Source: Ministeria vibrans ATCC 50519 (taxonomy: Eukaryota; Protista; Filasterea). From it: a stretch of 64,000 bases of DNA. The notes below the pieces were generated by a model that worked only from the letters and a program-made list of their open reading frames with translations, made no database searches and was not told where the DNA came from. Both the position numbers and the translations under genes were made by a program. Below, piece after piece: positions 32,655 through 48,195 of this stretch. Position 1 is the first letter of the stretch. The number at the start of each line of letters is the position of its first letter. Where the stretch lies: assembly GCA_943704425.1 (NCBI GenBank), contig CALSCP010002643.1:23285-87284 (forward strand). The letters are read 5' to 3'.

Positions 32655-33096
32655 GATTTTATATAATATTTTTCAGTTATTTTTATACAATACAATAATA
32701 ATAAATTTATTATTATTATTGTTTGGACGTGATAAATGCATAAGTAATTTAAAATTATAACATTGATATTTAGAAAACAACCATAAAAACAATAAAATCT
32801 TCTTGGGGCTACCCTATGGCAGAAGCATTATATTACACTCACACACTCACTATTACTCTTCATACACACTCACTATTACACTCTTCATTGTAGTATAATT
32901 ATGTTGAGTAAAAATTTCACTTCATATTCTATTAATAAATGGGTTGTATTCTTCTTCTCCTTCGAATAAATCTTACTGGATAGCAATTGCACTTGTGCTT
33001 TTGTTGTAGATCTGGTGAGTGATGGTGTCTTTGCTCACAATTCATAAATCGGTTGAATAATATTATTCTTTTATTCCTCTTATTAAATTGTTCACC

Positions 33097-34367
33097 ATGG
33101 CCGACAAATTTGCAATGCACAGCCAACTGGTGCACCTCCAGTCCAAATACGTGGGAACTGGCCATGCAGACACGAGTCGATTGTACGAAACCTCAAAAAA
33201 ACGCTCTTTGTGCTCTTCCCGTTCCTTCCATGCCAAGCCACACGCCCCCACTCCGTCCCCGCCTCTCTTACAACACCACCACCCCACTTTTAATCTCTCG
33301 TTTTCCCTTCCTTTCTCACAATCGTCGGTTCGATTTTTTTTCTTCACTTGTAGCGAATGGATGCTGAACCAGCGAAGAGACAGCTATGCGTCGTACATTG
33401 GCCACCACAACCTCATTGGATACATGGCTATTGTCGAGAACGAGCCCATTGCCAAGATGCGCTTTCGCTTTCAAAAGGTGCACTCACTTCCTTCTCAATC
33501 TCACTTTTCATTCTCTCTCACTTGGCTCTCTCACTTGGTTTCCTCCCTCTCTCTCACTTGGTTTCCTCTCTCTGTCTCACTTGGTTTCATTCTCTCTCCT
33601 CTCTCTGTCTCACTTGGTTTCCTCCCTCTGTCTCACTTTGTTTCCTCCCTCTGTCTCACTTGGTTTCCTCTCTCTGTCTCACTTGGTTTCATTCTCTCTC
33701 CTCTCTCTGTCTCACTTGGTTTCCTCCCTCTGTCTCACTTTNNNNNNNNTCTCACTTTGTTTCCTCCCTCTGTCTCACTTGGTTTCCTCTCTCTGTCTCA
33801 CTTGGTTTCATTCTCTCTCCTCTCTCTGTCTCACTTGGTTTCCTCCCTCTGTCTCACTTGGTTTCCTCTCTCTGTCTCACTTGGTTTCATTCTCTCTCCT
33901 CTCTCTGTCTCACTTTGTTTCCTCCCTCTGTCTCACTTGGTTTCCTCTCTCTGTCTCACTTGGTTTCATTCTCTCTCCTCTCTCTGTCTCACTTTGTTTC
34001 CTCCCTCTGTCTCACTTGGTTTCCTCTCTCTGTCTCACTTGGTTTCATTCTCTCTCCTCTCTCTGTCTCACTTGGTTTCCTCCCTCTGTCTCACTTGGTT
34101 TCCTCTCTCTGTCTCACTTGGTTTAATTCTCTCTCACTTGGTTTCATTCGGCTTGATTCTCTCTCACTTTGTTTCTCCTCTCTTTCACTTGGCTTTATTC
34201 TCTCTCTCACTTGGCTTTATTCTCTTTCTCACTTTGTGTCCTTCTCAATCATTTTGCTCCGATCACTTTGTTTTCTCGCTCTAACTCTCTCTGTCTCTCA
34301 TTAGGCAATGCTCGCACCCTGTGGTCCCCACCCGCCCAAGCCTCGTTGGGACACCAATGTTGAATAG
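33097..34367 (+). CDS. SF3B5: Splicing factor 3B subunit 5, 3 exons (33097-33182, 33354-33477, 34305-34367)
   Basis: HSQLVHLQSKYVGTGHADT; EWMLNQRRDSYASYIGH; MLAPCGPHP. Confidence 0.95.
33515..34240. repeat. Intronic minisatellite with higher-order structure (23+23+33 bp units)
   Basis: TCTCACTTGGTTTCCTC(C/T)CTCTG monomers alternate with a 33-bp variant. Confidence 0.9.
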
Positions 34368-34717
34368 ACCATATGTAAACGATCTTGTACAAACAATAGA
34401 AAGAACCTTTTGAGAAAAGCCACTCTTATAACTCTGGATCACTTTCGAATCGCAAAGACGGGTTGGGATGATTAAACGCGATAGATTCCACGTCATCTTC
34501 TCGGAGTGACACGACCTATACGAGCAGAGCAAAGTCTCTCACTGACTCTGACACTCCAAACCAGTTGGCATTTATCATTCGCAAGGGTAAAACTGGTTCA
34601 TTCGTAACAAACACTAATGATGGCAGTAAATATATTCGTATTCTGAAAGTTCTTCGTGAAAATATCATTATCAACTATCTTAAAAAACAAAAAACACACA
34701 GAAAAAAAGGAAGAGAA

Positions 34718-37394
34718 TCAGACGTAGGTACCCTGTGGATCAGAATCGTACTCTGCTGGACCACTCTGGTCGTCGTCGCCATCCGCCTCAGCAGCAGCAG
34801 CAGCAGAAGCAGAAGCAACACCGACACCGTTGTCGAGAGGCGTGGGCGACGGGTTGGCGGTGGCAGTGGCGGTGGCAGTGGCGGTGGCTGTCTCGCCAAA
34901 CTGGCGACTGGCAAGTGCGTAGTACTCGCCCTGGAGCGCCATGAGTTCGTCGTGCGTGCCCTGCTCGCTCACCTTGCCGTTGCGGATCACAATAATGCGG
35001 CTGCAGTTGCGAACGGTGCTCAGTCGATGCGCAATCATGATAGTCGTGCGTCCCACCGACGCACGGTCCAGCGCCTCCTGCACGATCGCCTCGCTCTCGC
35101 TGTCCAGTGCCGACGTACTCTCGTCAAGCAGCAGAATCTTGGGATTCTTCACGAGCGCACGAGCAATGGCAATGCGCTGCTTTTGGCCACCGGACAACTG
35201 CGCGCCCTTCTCGCCCACCTGGGTGTCGTAGCCGTCGGGCATGGACATGATGAAGTCGTGGATGTTGGCGGCGCGTGCGGCAGCGACAATGTCGTCGTGC
35301 TGCGCAAGGGGCACGCCATACCCAATGTTGTTGCCAATGGACGTGCCAAACAGCACGGGCTCCTGTGAGACAAGCGAGATTTGCGATCGCAGCCACTTGA
35401 CGTTAGCGTCGGCCGTAGCAACACCGTCAATGAGAACCTCGCCTGAGAGACAGTCGTAGAAGCGCTCGACAAGCGCAATGCAGGTACTTTTGCCGCAGCC
35501 ACTGCCGCCCACAAGGGCAACGGACTCGCCCGGTGCGACGGTGAACGACAGACCCTCGAGCACACGCGCGTCTGGACGGGTTGGGTAGCGGAAGAAGACG
35601 TTGTTAAACTCGACGTGACCGCGCGCGTTAGGCTCCTTCTCGCCCTCGTCCGTGACAGGATCAATGGTTGAGATGCGATCGAGCAGTCGGAAGACGGTCG
35701 AGGCGGCTGCCTTGGCGGCACCCACGTCAGGCGCAAACGCAAGCAGGTTGCCGGCACCCATGGCTGTGAAGATAATCGCCGAAAACACCTTCATCATGGC
35801 AAGGAAGGTAAGTTCGCCGTCGACGACGAGCTGACCGCCGTACCAGTACGCGAGCGCATACGTAAAGTAGACAAGCGAGTTGGACGCGCCGTAGGCAAGA
35901 CCCGTAAAGTGTGACTGGCGCATCGCTTTGCGGTGCGGCACGTCCAGCCTGGCCACGTAGCGCTGGAGGAAGAGTTCCTCGCGTGTGAGCGACGCCACGG
36001 TGCGCATGGCATCGAGCGCCTCGGTGAGCACCTGCGTCGACTTGCCGTACGCCGTCTGCTGCTCCGCCTGCATGCCCGTAATCATCTTCATCTGCAGTGC
36101 ACCCGCCAGCGCAATCAGGGGCACACAACCGAGCACGACCAAACACAGCTTCCACGAGGCACCGCCCGACGAGAAGGCAATGGAGAGACCGGCCACGAGC
36201 GAGACAACGCCGGACAGCACGACACCAAGACGACCTCCCGAGAGACCTTGAATGAGCGTGGCGTCAGTTGCAAGCGATGCAGTCAGCTTGCCCGACTGAT
36301 GCTTCTCTTCGTCGTAAAAAGCCATCTCTTGGCGCACCATCGAGTCAAAGGTTTGCTGGCGCACGCGCAGTGTGAGCGCCTCGCCCGCCCACGTCAACAT
36401 GTACATTTGCAGGAACATTCCAATGCCATTGGCGGTTGCCAGAACAAGGAACATGGCCGACCAGAAGTTTGCGCCCGAGCGCAGTTCGTCGCGCGGCAGC
36501 GTAAAGACGTTAAGAACCTCGGAGAAGAGCACGGCAAAGAGGGGCATGACCACACCGGAGGCGGCCGCGCCAATGGCACCCAGAATCATTTGGACGAGTT
36601 CGGGGCGGTTCATGCCGTAGATGCGCCACACCGAGACGGGGTAGATGTCGTCGGGGACCTCGGGGTCGTCTTCGTCGACGATCTCCTTGAGGAAAAAGCG
36701 GCTGCTTCCACCGCTCTTCTTCGACTTGCTGATAGCCTTGATGGCGGCAATGTTGGGAGCCGGCTCGTTGACACTTTCGAGACGCTCTTGTTCCTCGGCA
36801 AGGGCCAGTGCCGAGATGGCGTTCTCCTTCTCAAGGCGATGCGCCTCCTCGTCGACCTTGCCCGACATCTGCTGCGCATCCACGAGTGCCTTAAAGGCCC
36901 CATTATGGTCGATGAGGTCGTTCCACTTGCCCTCCTCCAGCACCTTGCCCCCACCGAGCACCACAATCTTGTCTGCGTCCTGAACCGTACTCAGACGATG
37001 CGCAATCATGACTGACGTGCGGTCTTGCTTTGCTCGGTCAATCGCGTCCTGCACCTTTTTCTCGCTCTCCGTGTCCAGCGCGCTTGTCGCCTGTGCAGAA
37101 AAAAAAGGAAGCAACGTAAATCGTGAGTAAGCGAAAAAAAAAGGGAGGAGAATCAATAAAACAATATGTTTACCTCATCAAGAAGAAGAATGCGAGGATT
37201 GCGCATGAGCGCACGGGCAATGCAGATACGTTGCTTCTGACCACCCGACACATTGGCACCGCGCTCACCGACAATCGTGTCGTACTGGTCTGGCAATGTC
37301 TTGATGGTCGTGTGGATGTTGGCCTTGCGCGCAGCAGCCTAATTATAAAGTGATAATGTATGAGAAACCAAGCGCAAAATGTGATGATGGATAA

Positions 37395-37441
<47 letters not shown>

Positions 37442-39815
37442 TAAATTATTATTAATAATATTATAATTATATTTTTTTACCTTGACGTCTTCGAGGGACG
37501 CTTCGCCGTTAGGAGACGTGATGGAGATGTTGTCCTTGATGCTGAGACCAAAGAGCGATGGTTCTTGCGACACAAGACCAAGGTTCTCGCGCAGCCAACG
37601 CACGTTGAGCGTGCGGATGTCAACGCCGTCGAGCAGCACCTGCCCCTCGTCGGGATCGTAGAAGCGCTCAAGCAGCGCAATGCACGTCGATTTGCCGCAG
37701 CCACTGCCGCCCACCAATGCCACTGTCTGGCCTGCCTCAATCACCAAGTTCAACTTGTCCAACACAGGCACATCCTTACTACAGAAAAATAAGTTGTCGT
37801 GTCACAAGACGCTCAATCCACCTCGTTTTAGTCCCGTACCGAGAAGGATAGGCAAAGGAAACATTCTTAAACTCAATGCGACCCTGGCACGACGCCGGCT
37901 TAAGACCTTCCTCGGACAGCGGATCAACAGCGCTCTCGTGCTCAATCTGCTCGTAGATGGAGTAGGCGGCACTCATGCCCTTGGCCACCTCGGCCATGGG
38001 CGGCGCTGCATTGCCCAGAGAAAAGGCCGCAAGAAGCACCGCAAAAAACACATTTAAAAGCACGCCTGAGGTAATGGCGTTGTCCAGAATCAGCACAGAG
38101 CCATACCAGAACGCAAGCGCATCCGTTCCAAACAGGAAAAAGTATGTCAGCCCTAAAATAGAAACACGAAGAGAGCGTTGTAAGAATCAAAAAGTACTGA
38201 AGCTGCAATCACATCATACCCATTCCAATGCCCTGCATAAGTCCACGTCGCTTGCCCACCACGAAGGCATCTTCAAGGTTGTTTGCATATCGCTGCGACT
38301 CCTTCGTTTCGCCCTGGAAACTCGCCACTGTCCGGACTGCACTCAACACCTCCTGAGCAACACCACCTACACAAAAATTCCACAAAAGTAACAAGTTTGA
38401 GTATCATAAAAACCATTGGTTGTTTCTGGTTATCTGACCTGCTTTGGCGTATGCTTCTTGGCTCTGAGCGGTGAGCGTGACCATCATCTTGCTGAGGAAC
38501 ATTCCGCTCATGGCAAGCAGTGGGAATGCCGCACACATGACAGCTGCAAGTCGCGCATTACGCACAAAGGCCAGCACAAAGCCAGCGACAAAGGTTGTCA
38601 GATGAATAAGGGCCATGGTGAGTTTCTCGCCACAGGCATTCTGCAGAATGAGCGAATCTGTGACCACGCGCGTGGTCAGCTCACCGCGCTTCTCCATGTC
38701 GAACCAGCCCACGTCACGACGCAGCAACGACTTGACGTACATGATGCGCATGCGGTGTGTACGACGCTCGGCAATCATCGTCAGAGGCATGGCGCCAAAG
38801 TAGCTCATCACCCACGTTCCAATTGCAAGGTACACAAACCTGTAATAAAAAGAAAGAAGAAGAAAAGAAAAAGAAAAAACAAAAACGAGGGTTAAACGAG
38901 TTTGTTTGTTTGTCAATAATTGTATTCCTACCAAAGAGTCTGTTTGAGTAGCTCCGCCTGAAACTCACTTTCCGTCTGCGTGCTGTTCTCCGACACGAAT
39001 CCCGTGAACACATCGATGGTGTTGCCAAAGACAACCGTCTACAGCACCACAGGAGGACGTGTCAGACAGGGCGGTTGGATCTCGGGACAGCTCCACATGT
39101 CACCCACACAACATATTCCGTCGGATGCGACAAACAAAACAAAGACGCACAGCCGCGAAACAAGACAACCAATGCAGCAACGATGCCCACGTATACAAGG
39201 GAACCCTCAAGGGTAGTCCGATGCGCCGCAGAGCGCGGCCATCGGGGCCAAACTGGCGGTGCACGCGCCAACAAACATTGCTCGACCAACCCCTGGTATC
39301 ATTTCGTAACAGGACGCGCCGCATTCCCCAGCCCATCCAGTATCTTACCATAAGAGGCAGGTTGGTGCCCGTGATGATCGATGCGATGATGCCGATGACG
39401 ATGACGACCTTCTCCACTGCACAGAAAGAGAGAGACACACAAAAAACACATTTGGGATCAGCCGAGCGTATTTTTTTTTGAACCGTGGCTCTTTAATGTC
39501 GCTTTTTCAGCGTCTTCTTACGGCCCGTGCTGTAGCGGAAGAGCAACGCAGAGAAGGGGACCTTCTTCTCCTCCTCCTTGTCGGCCTTGCCCGAGCCGTC
39601 AGCAGGCTTGCCCTTGTCAATCTGGGGGTGGAGATGGGGCACAGAGTGTGTGAGATGCCGACGGAAGCGCACAGCCGCAACGGACTCACCTTGGCGCCGC
39701 TGCTGTCGAGATCATCCATGCTGATGACATTGCCATCGGAGGCGATGAGCACGTCGCGTGACTGTGCGCGCGATGCCTGCGTGCGACCCGACGCTGTCGC
39801 CGTGTCTTTGCCCAT
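34718..39815 (-). CDS. ABCB1: ABCB/MDR full-size ABC transporter, multi-exon
   Basis: Two TMD-NBD halves; Walker [10 protein letters not shown] twice; signatures [13 protein letters not shown] and [13 protein letters not shown]; LLDEATSALD and [10 protein letters not shown]. Start approximate. Confidence 0.93.
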
Positions 39816-40542
39816 TGCCACGCGTCTGCTGCTGTGCTGCGGGGGGGGGGTATTCGGCAATTGGTGAGTGCGTATTGGTAGTGGGCGCGCACACGTGCAC
39901 TTTGCTGCTCGACTTACATGAATTGGGTCAAATTGAATGGATTTCTATTTGATATTTTGATTCTTGACCAACCCAGATTTTTTGAAAAACTCCCAACCAC
40001 AGTGATAAGAAAAGATAGAGATCTCGATCGGCTGGAGCGGCCAGGTTCTCCGGTTCATCTTTATTCCTTAGTCAACAAGTCGACTGGGTGTTTGGATGAA
40101 TCGGTAGTGCAGCATGAAGAGTGGTGGAAGGACGAGTTTGACTCACTTGATTTCACATCGAAAATATGATCATTATGACTTGATTTCACATCGAAAATAT
40201 GTTCATTATGATCGAGTGAGTAAAATTCGACGTTGCAATCATCCATCTTCATTTTTTAGTCAACGTTGAGCCAACTCAGCCAAGGCGGACGGGCCAACGC
40301 CACTTAATGTTTTGAATGGATGACCCAAAAGATTAGATTCCGAGTTTGACTCATTCGAGTACAATAATAATAATTATAACTATAATTATAATTATATAAA
40401 TAGTAACTTTTCACTCCATTTATTCCCTAGATAGGTTGTAAAATGTAAAATGTCATTCTCTCTAAACAATTGAACAATAAAAACTTGAAAAAGATTAACT
40501 GTTTGACTGAGTTTTCATATTTGACTGAAGCACATTACACAC

Positions 40543-42768
<2,226 letters not shown>

Positions 42769-42888
42769 GTTTTTCTTGTGAATAAAAGTGATCGGTGATG
42801 ATCATTGATTGATCAATGAGTTGAGTCGTGATCAGCGACACTGGTCGATGCTCAGTCGCTCGGCGCTTCTCACTTCAATTGTTCAACC

Positions 42889-44369
42889 ATGGCGGCGTCA
42901 GTGACCAACAACAAGACCGACTACACCGTGCTGGTGAGCGAGCCGGACCAGGAGGAGCCGATTGAGACAGTGCGCGTTCCCATCGACTTTGTGCAAATGG
43001 ACGCTCTGGTACGCGACCGCCCCTCCTCTCTCTCATGTCTGCCCTTCCGCACGCACTACATCTCCCCAAAAGTGCCCATTTCTCTCTCTTCTTTCCCCTT
43101 TTTTTTCTTCTTCTTTTTTTTTTTTTTTCGCGTCTCACTCTGTCGCGTGTAAACGAGACGGAGGCCCCCACCCGCCTCGTCTGCCGCCCCACCCTGTCTG
43201 CACGAGTCCCACACGTCTATTTCTGCTCGCCACCACAGCGTCTTCTTGATTCCTTCTGAGTGTTCTGATCCGTTTTCACTTTTTTTTTTTTTTTTTCCAT
43301 GACAGGTCGTAATGAAACTGCTGAAGCACTGCCGTGAATCGCTGCCGGACGCGTACGGCCGCCTGCGTCAGTCCACGTGTGCACTGATCGGCTGACACTG
43401 CATGGTCCTCTGTCTTGTGTAGGGTGATGGGAATGCTTCTGGGACTGTCCGTCGAGAACCGCCTGGAGATCACCAACTGCTGGCCCTTCCCGTCTGCCGA
43501 CAGCACCGTCGACGTCGAGCAGTACGAGCGCGACATCATTGCGCTGTCGAAGGAGGTCAACATGGATCATCTGCAGGTCGGCTGGTACCAGAGCACGTAC
43601 CGTGGTGCCGTCGACATGCACTCGCTTGTCGAGACACACGCCACCTACCAAAAAGTCATCGACGAGTCTGTTGTCATTCTTTACGGTAGCCCCATCGAAA
43701 CATCAATCGAGTGCCCCTCCGATTTACTCAACCATGCCCGTTAGATCCACTGAGAATATCTCAGGGCACGCTGTCTTTGCGCGCCTTCCGACTGAGCAAG
43801 GAGTTCTTCGATATGTACAGTGAGCAGACGGACGCGACCTTCACCCCTCAGGGACTGCGCGACGCTGCCATGTCGTACGACAAGGTTCTCACCGAGATTC
43901 CCATTCTCGTGCACAACCCGCTTCTTGTCAACGCAATGCTCTGCTCCGAACTTGTAAGAGAGAACCAACAAAGTCGCAAGGCAGAGAGAAGGGAGAAGGG
44001 AGAGAGAAGGGAGAAGGAAAAAGAAAGAGATAGAGAGAGAGAAGGGAGAATGAAAAAGAAAGAGATAGAGAGGAAAAGAGAGAATGAAACAAAGCGAAAA
44101 AATCTAACACAAGCTGATATTTATAGAAAATGGACGACACTGACGAACGGCTGGACGTTCCCGGCAACTCCTTCCTGGAAAAGGTACTGCAATGCGCCTT
44201 TGTGTATCGGCACTGACATTTTTTTGGTGTAGTCAATGGAGTTTCTTGTGGAAGGAATTGACGAGCTGGCAAGTGAGCAAGGCAAACTTTTCATGTTCCA
44301 GCGACAAGTGCTCAAGCAGAAGCAGCAACAGCAGGACTTTTTGCGCCGCCGAGTAAGCATACTCACTCA

Positions 44370-44407
<38 letters not shown>

Positions 44408-44693
44408 GCCCGTGTGTCTGAGTTTCTCTTTCGATCCTGCTTTCACTCACTCGCTCACACAATTGTTTTAGCGCGCCGAGAACGAACAGCGTGCAGCCAA
44501 GGGCGACGCACCGCTGCCCACGGATCCCGACAAGCTGGCGTCGACCAACCCGTTGTTCCGTCCTTTGCCTCAGCCATCGCGTCTTGATGCGCTGCTCGTG
44601 AGCCATCAGGTTGCACAGCTTGCTAGTCAAGTCAACGAGTTTGCTGCGTCGTCGTATGGTCAGATGTTTGTCATTAAGGGGCTTCAGGAGTAG
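42889..44693 (+). CDS. EIF3H: Translation initiation factor 3 subunit H, multi-exon
   Basis: VQMDAL|VVMKLLKH; GMLLGL..LEITNCWPFP; VNMDHLQVGWYQST; DPLRISQGTLSLRAFRL; RRAENEQR; PQPSRLDALL. Confidence 0.93.
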
Positions 44694-44764
44694 CCGCAAA
44701 GAGAGATATATATTATCAGGATTCGAGTGCGAGAGAAAGAAGAACAAGAGAATACAATGAATAA

Positions 44765-46396
44765 CTATCTTCGTGAGGACGATGAGACATGTTTGACGAG
44801 CGGCGGAGCGGGCGTTGCAGAGGACCAGGGAAACCAGGCTGAGCTCTGGTGGCGCTCGACGAGTGCTGCATTGACACGCTTCTTTTCTGCGCGAGTGAAG
44901 CGCAGGAGAGTGCTGAGCGCACGGACGAGATGGAGGGACTGCGAGGGAGTGTCGCCAGCGCAGATGTAGTTGAGCACAACACACTTGAGGTAGTCCATGT
45001 TGATGTCGTCGTCGGTGTCTGCGTTGTCTGCGGTCGTCGTCGTGGTGGTGGTAGTAGTGGGCGGAGGGGCGGGTGAGGGGTCCGTGAGGGGGATGTTGTG
45101 GAAGGAAGGGCTTCGGGTGTGCTCTGTGGGTGCTGCTGCTGCTGCTGCTGCTGCTGCTGGGGGTGGCGTGGGCGTTTCTGTGGTGCTACCGTTGCTGCGA
45201 AGTTCCTTCTGCAGTGTCTTGGTCAAATCGACAATGCGCTGCTGCTGCACTCGTAGTGCGCGAGTGTGCTCTTCTTGGTCTGAGATGCGCTCCGTCGCGG
45301 CCGTGTCCAGTTCGTCGCGTAGCTGTGCCACTTCGGCGTCAAGTTCCCGCACGCGGTTGCGTAGTTGTTGGATCAGGGCGAGTTGCTCTTCGTCGTCGTC
45401 ACGCTCCGTGTTGAGTGCCACAGCAAGGTCGCGCGCTAGCTGGTCAGCCTGTGCGTGCGCCTCGTCCAGGTCGCGCTGCAGCGTGTGCACTGTCTCGCGT
45501 AGTGTCGACGCGACCGCTGCCTCACCTTGTGTCTCCGTCAGTCGTGTACGCAGTCGCTCGCATTCGCCCTCGAGTCGCCGTGTTTCAGCGCTGTGGCGTG
45601 TGTTGAGTGCGTCGCGGTCGGCACTGCTCGCCGTGCTTGCGCGCGTCAGGTCCTCGCGCAGTCGGGCCATCTCATCGTCTTTGCGTTGTACCACGCGTTC
45701 AAGTTCTTCGGCGGCGGCCGCCTTGAGACGCACCGTGAGCGATTCGCGCTCCTTTGCCGTCCGTTGCATCGTCTCGACGAGCGATCGAGCCGCGGCCAAT
45801 TCGCGCGTCTTCAGATCAATCTCACGCTCCAGACGTCTCCTCTCCTCCTCAAACTCCGCCGATAAAGCCAGTGGTGATGGTGGTGCCACTGCAGGTGGTG
45901 CTGCGGTCGGCACTGCAGCAGTAGAAGCAGTGGCGGCGTCTGGCGAGGGCGTAGGTGCGTCAGCGGAAGCAACCGCCTCCAATTTCAGTTGGAGTGCCGC
46001 TCGTTCTGCGGCATCCTTGGCGCGCTCCGTCTCGTGTGAGGCGAGCACCGACGCAAGAAGGCGTTCGGCGTCGTCGGCGCGCCGTGTCTCGGCGTCCTTC
46101 TCGGCCCGGCACTGCGTGAGTTCGTCGAGTGCGCAGCGCAGTCGCTCTTCGTTGACGTCCAGCCGATCCTGCACCAGTTGGATGCGTTCGGCACGTCGAC
46201 GCACCAGCGCCACAAGCTCTTCACGCGTACCGGCCTCCTCGGGCGCCCCTCCGCGGCGAGGAGGCGAGCCAACCACAGCCGAGAGTGTCGTGTCACTCCT
46301 GGCCGTCGCTGTCGACGCCGCTGCTGCCGCTGCTGCCGCCGGTGCCGCTGCTGCCTCCCCGTCAATATTCAGGTTTTGCTTCAACGACCGAAACAT
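44765..46396 (-). CDS. GRIP-domain golgin (golgin-97/245-like)
   Basis: N-terminal MFRSLKQNL, long coiled coil and C-terminal GRIP INMDYLKCVVLNY..LSTLLRFTRAE..WF. Confidence 0.88.
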   Translation of the reverse strand: MFRSLKQNLNIDGEAAAAPAAAAAAAASTATARSDTTLSAVVGSPPRRGGAPEEAGTREELVALVRRRAERIQLVQDRLDVNEERLRCALDELTQCRAEKDAETRRADDAERLLASVLASHETERAKDAAERAALQLKLEAVASADAPTPSPDAATASTAAVPTAAPPAVAPPSPLALSAEFEEERRRLEREIDLKTRELAAARSLVETMQRTAKERESLTVRLKAAAAEELERVVQRKDDEMARLREDLTRASTASSADRDALNTRHSAETRRLEGECERLRTRLTETQGEAAVASTLRETVHTLQRDLDEAHAQADQLARDLAVALNTERDDDEEQLALIQQLRNRVRELDAEVAQLRDELDTAATERISDQEEHTRALRVQQQRIVDLTKTLQKELRSNGSTTETPTPPPAAAAAAAAAPTEHTRSPSFHNIPLTDPSPAPPPTTTTTTTTTADNADTDDDINMDYLKCVVLNYICAGDTPSQSLHLVRALSTLLRFTRAEKKRVNAALVERHQSSAWFPWSSATPAPPLVKHVSSSSRR

Positions 46397-46536
46397 GATA
46401 CAGAGCAAGGCAAATGAACCAATGGCAATTGAGTTTGGGTCTGAACCGATCATTGACGGCAATGATCAAGTTCGATAACGAATTTATCGTTTTTGAGTTC
46501 ATTTATTTCACTAATAAAATAATAATAATATTCACA

Positions 46537-48027
<1,491 letters not shown>

Positions 48028-48062
48028 TTGTGCACTGATCGTTAAGTTACACTGAACACACG

Positions 48063-48125
<63 letters not shown>

Positions 48126-48195
48126 ATTGTTTTCACCCGTATACAACCGCATTTTTTTATATCTTTATTCAGTTCACGTTCACTCTGTTTTTTTT

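Noticed and set aside
33357-34304. Long Leu/Ser-rich ORFs in three frames
   Set aside because: They are translations of an intronic minisatellite lacking stop codons.
40146-40212. 33-bp tandem duplication (also a 24-bp one at 10938-10984)
   Set aside because: Two-copy local slippage with no further structure.
43128-43270. Possible snoRNA in eIF3h intron 1 (CGTCTC/GAGACG and GAGGC/GCCTC stems, terminal CTGA)
   Set aside because: No C box or clear H/ACA boxes; the stems are short.
44997-46478. 493-aa antisense ORF (likewise 61604-62920 and 35933-37015)
   Set aside because: Shadow ORFs of GC-rich genes on the opposite strand, with no motifs.
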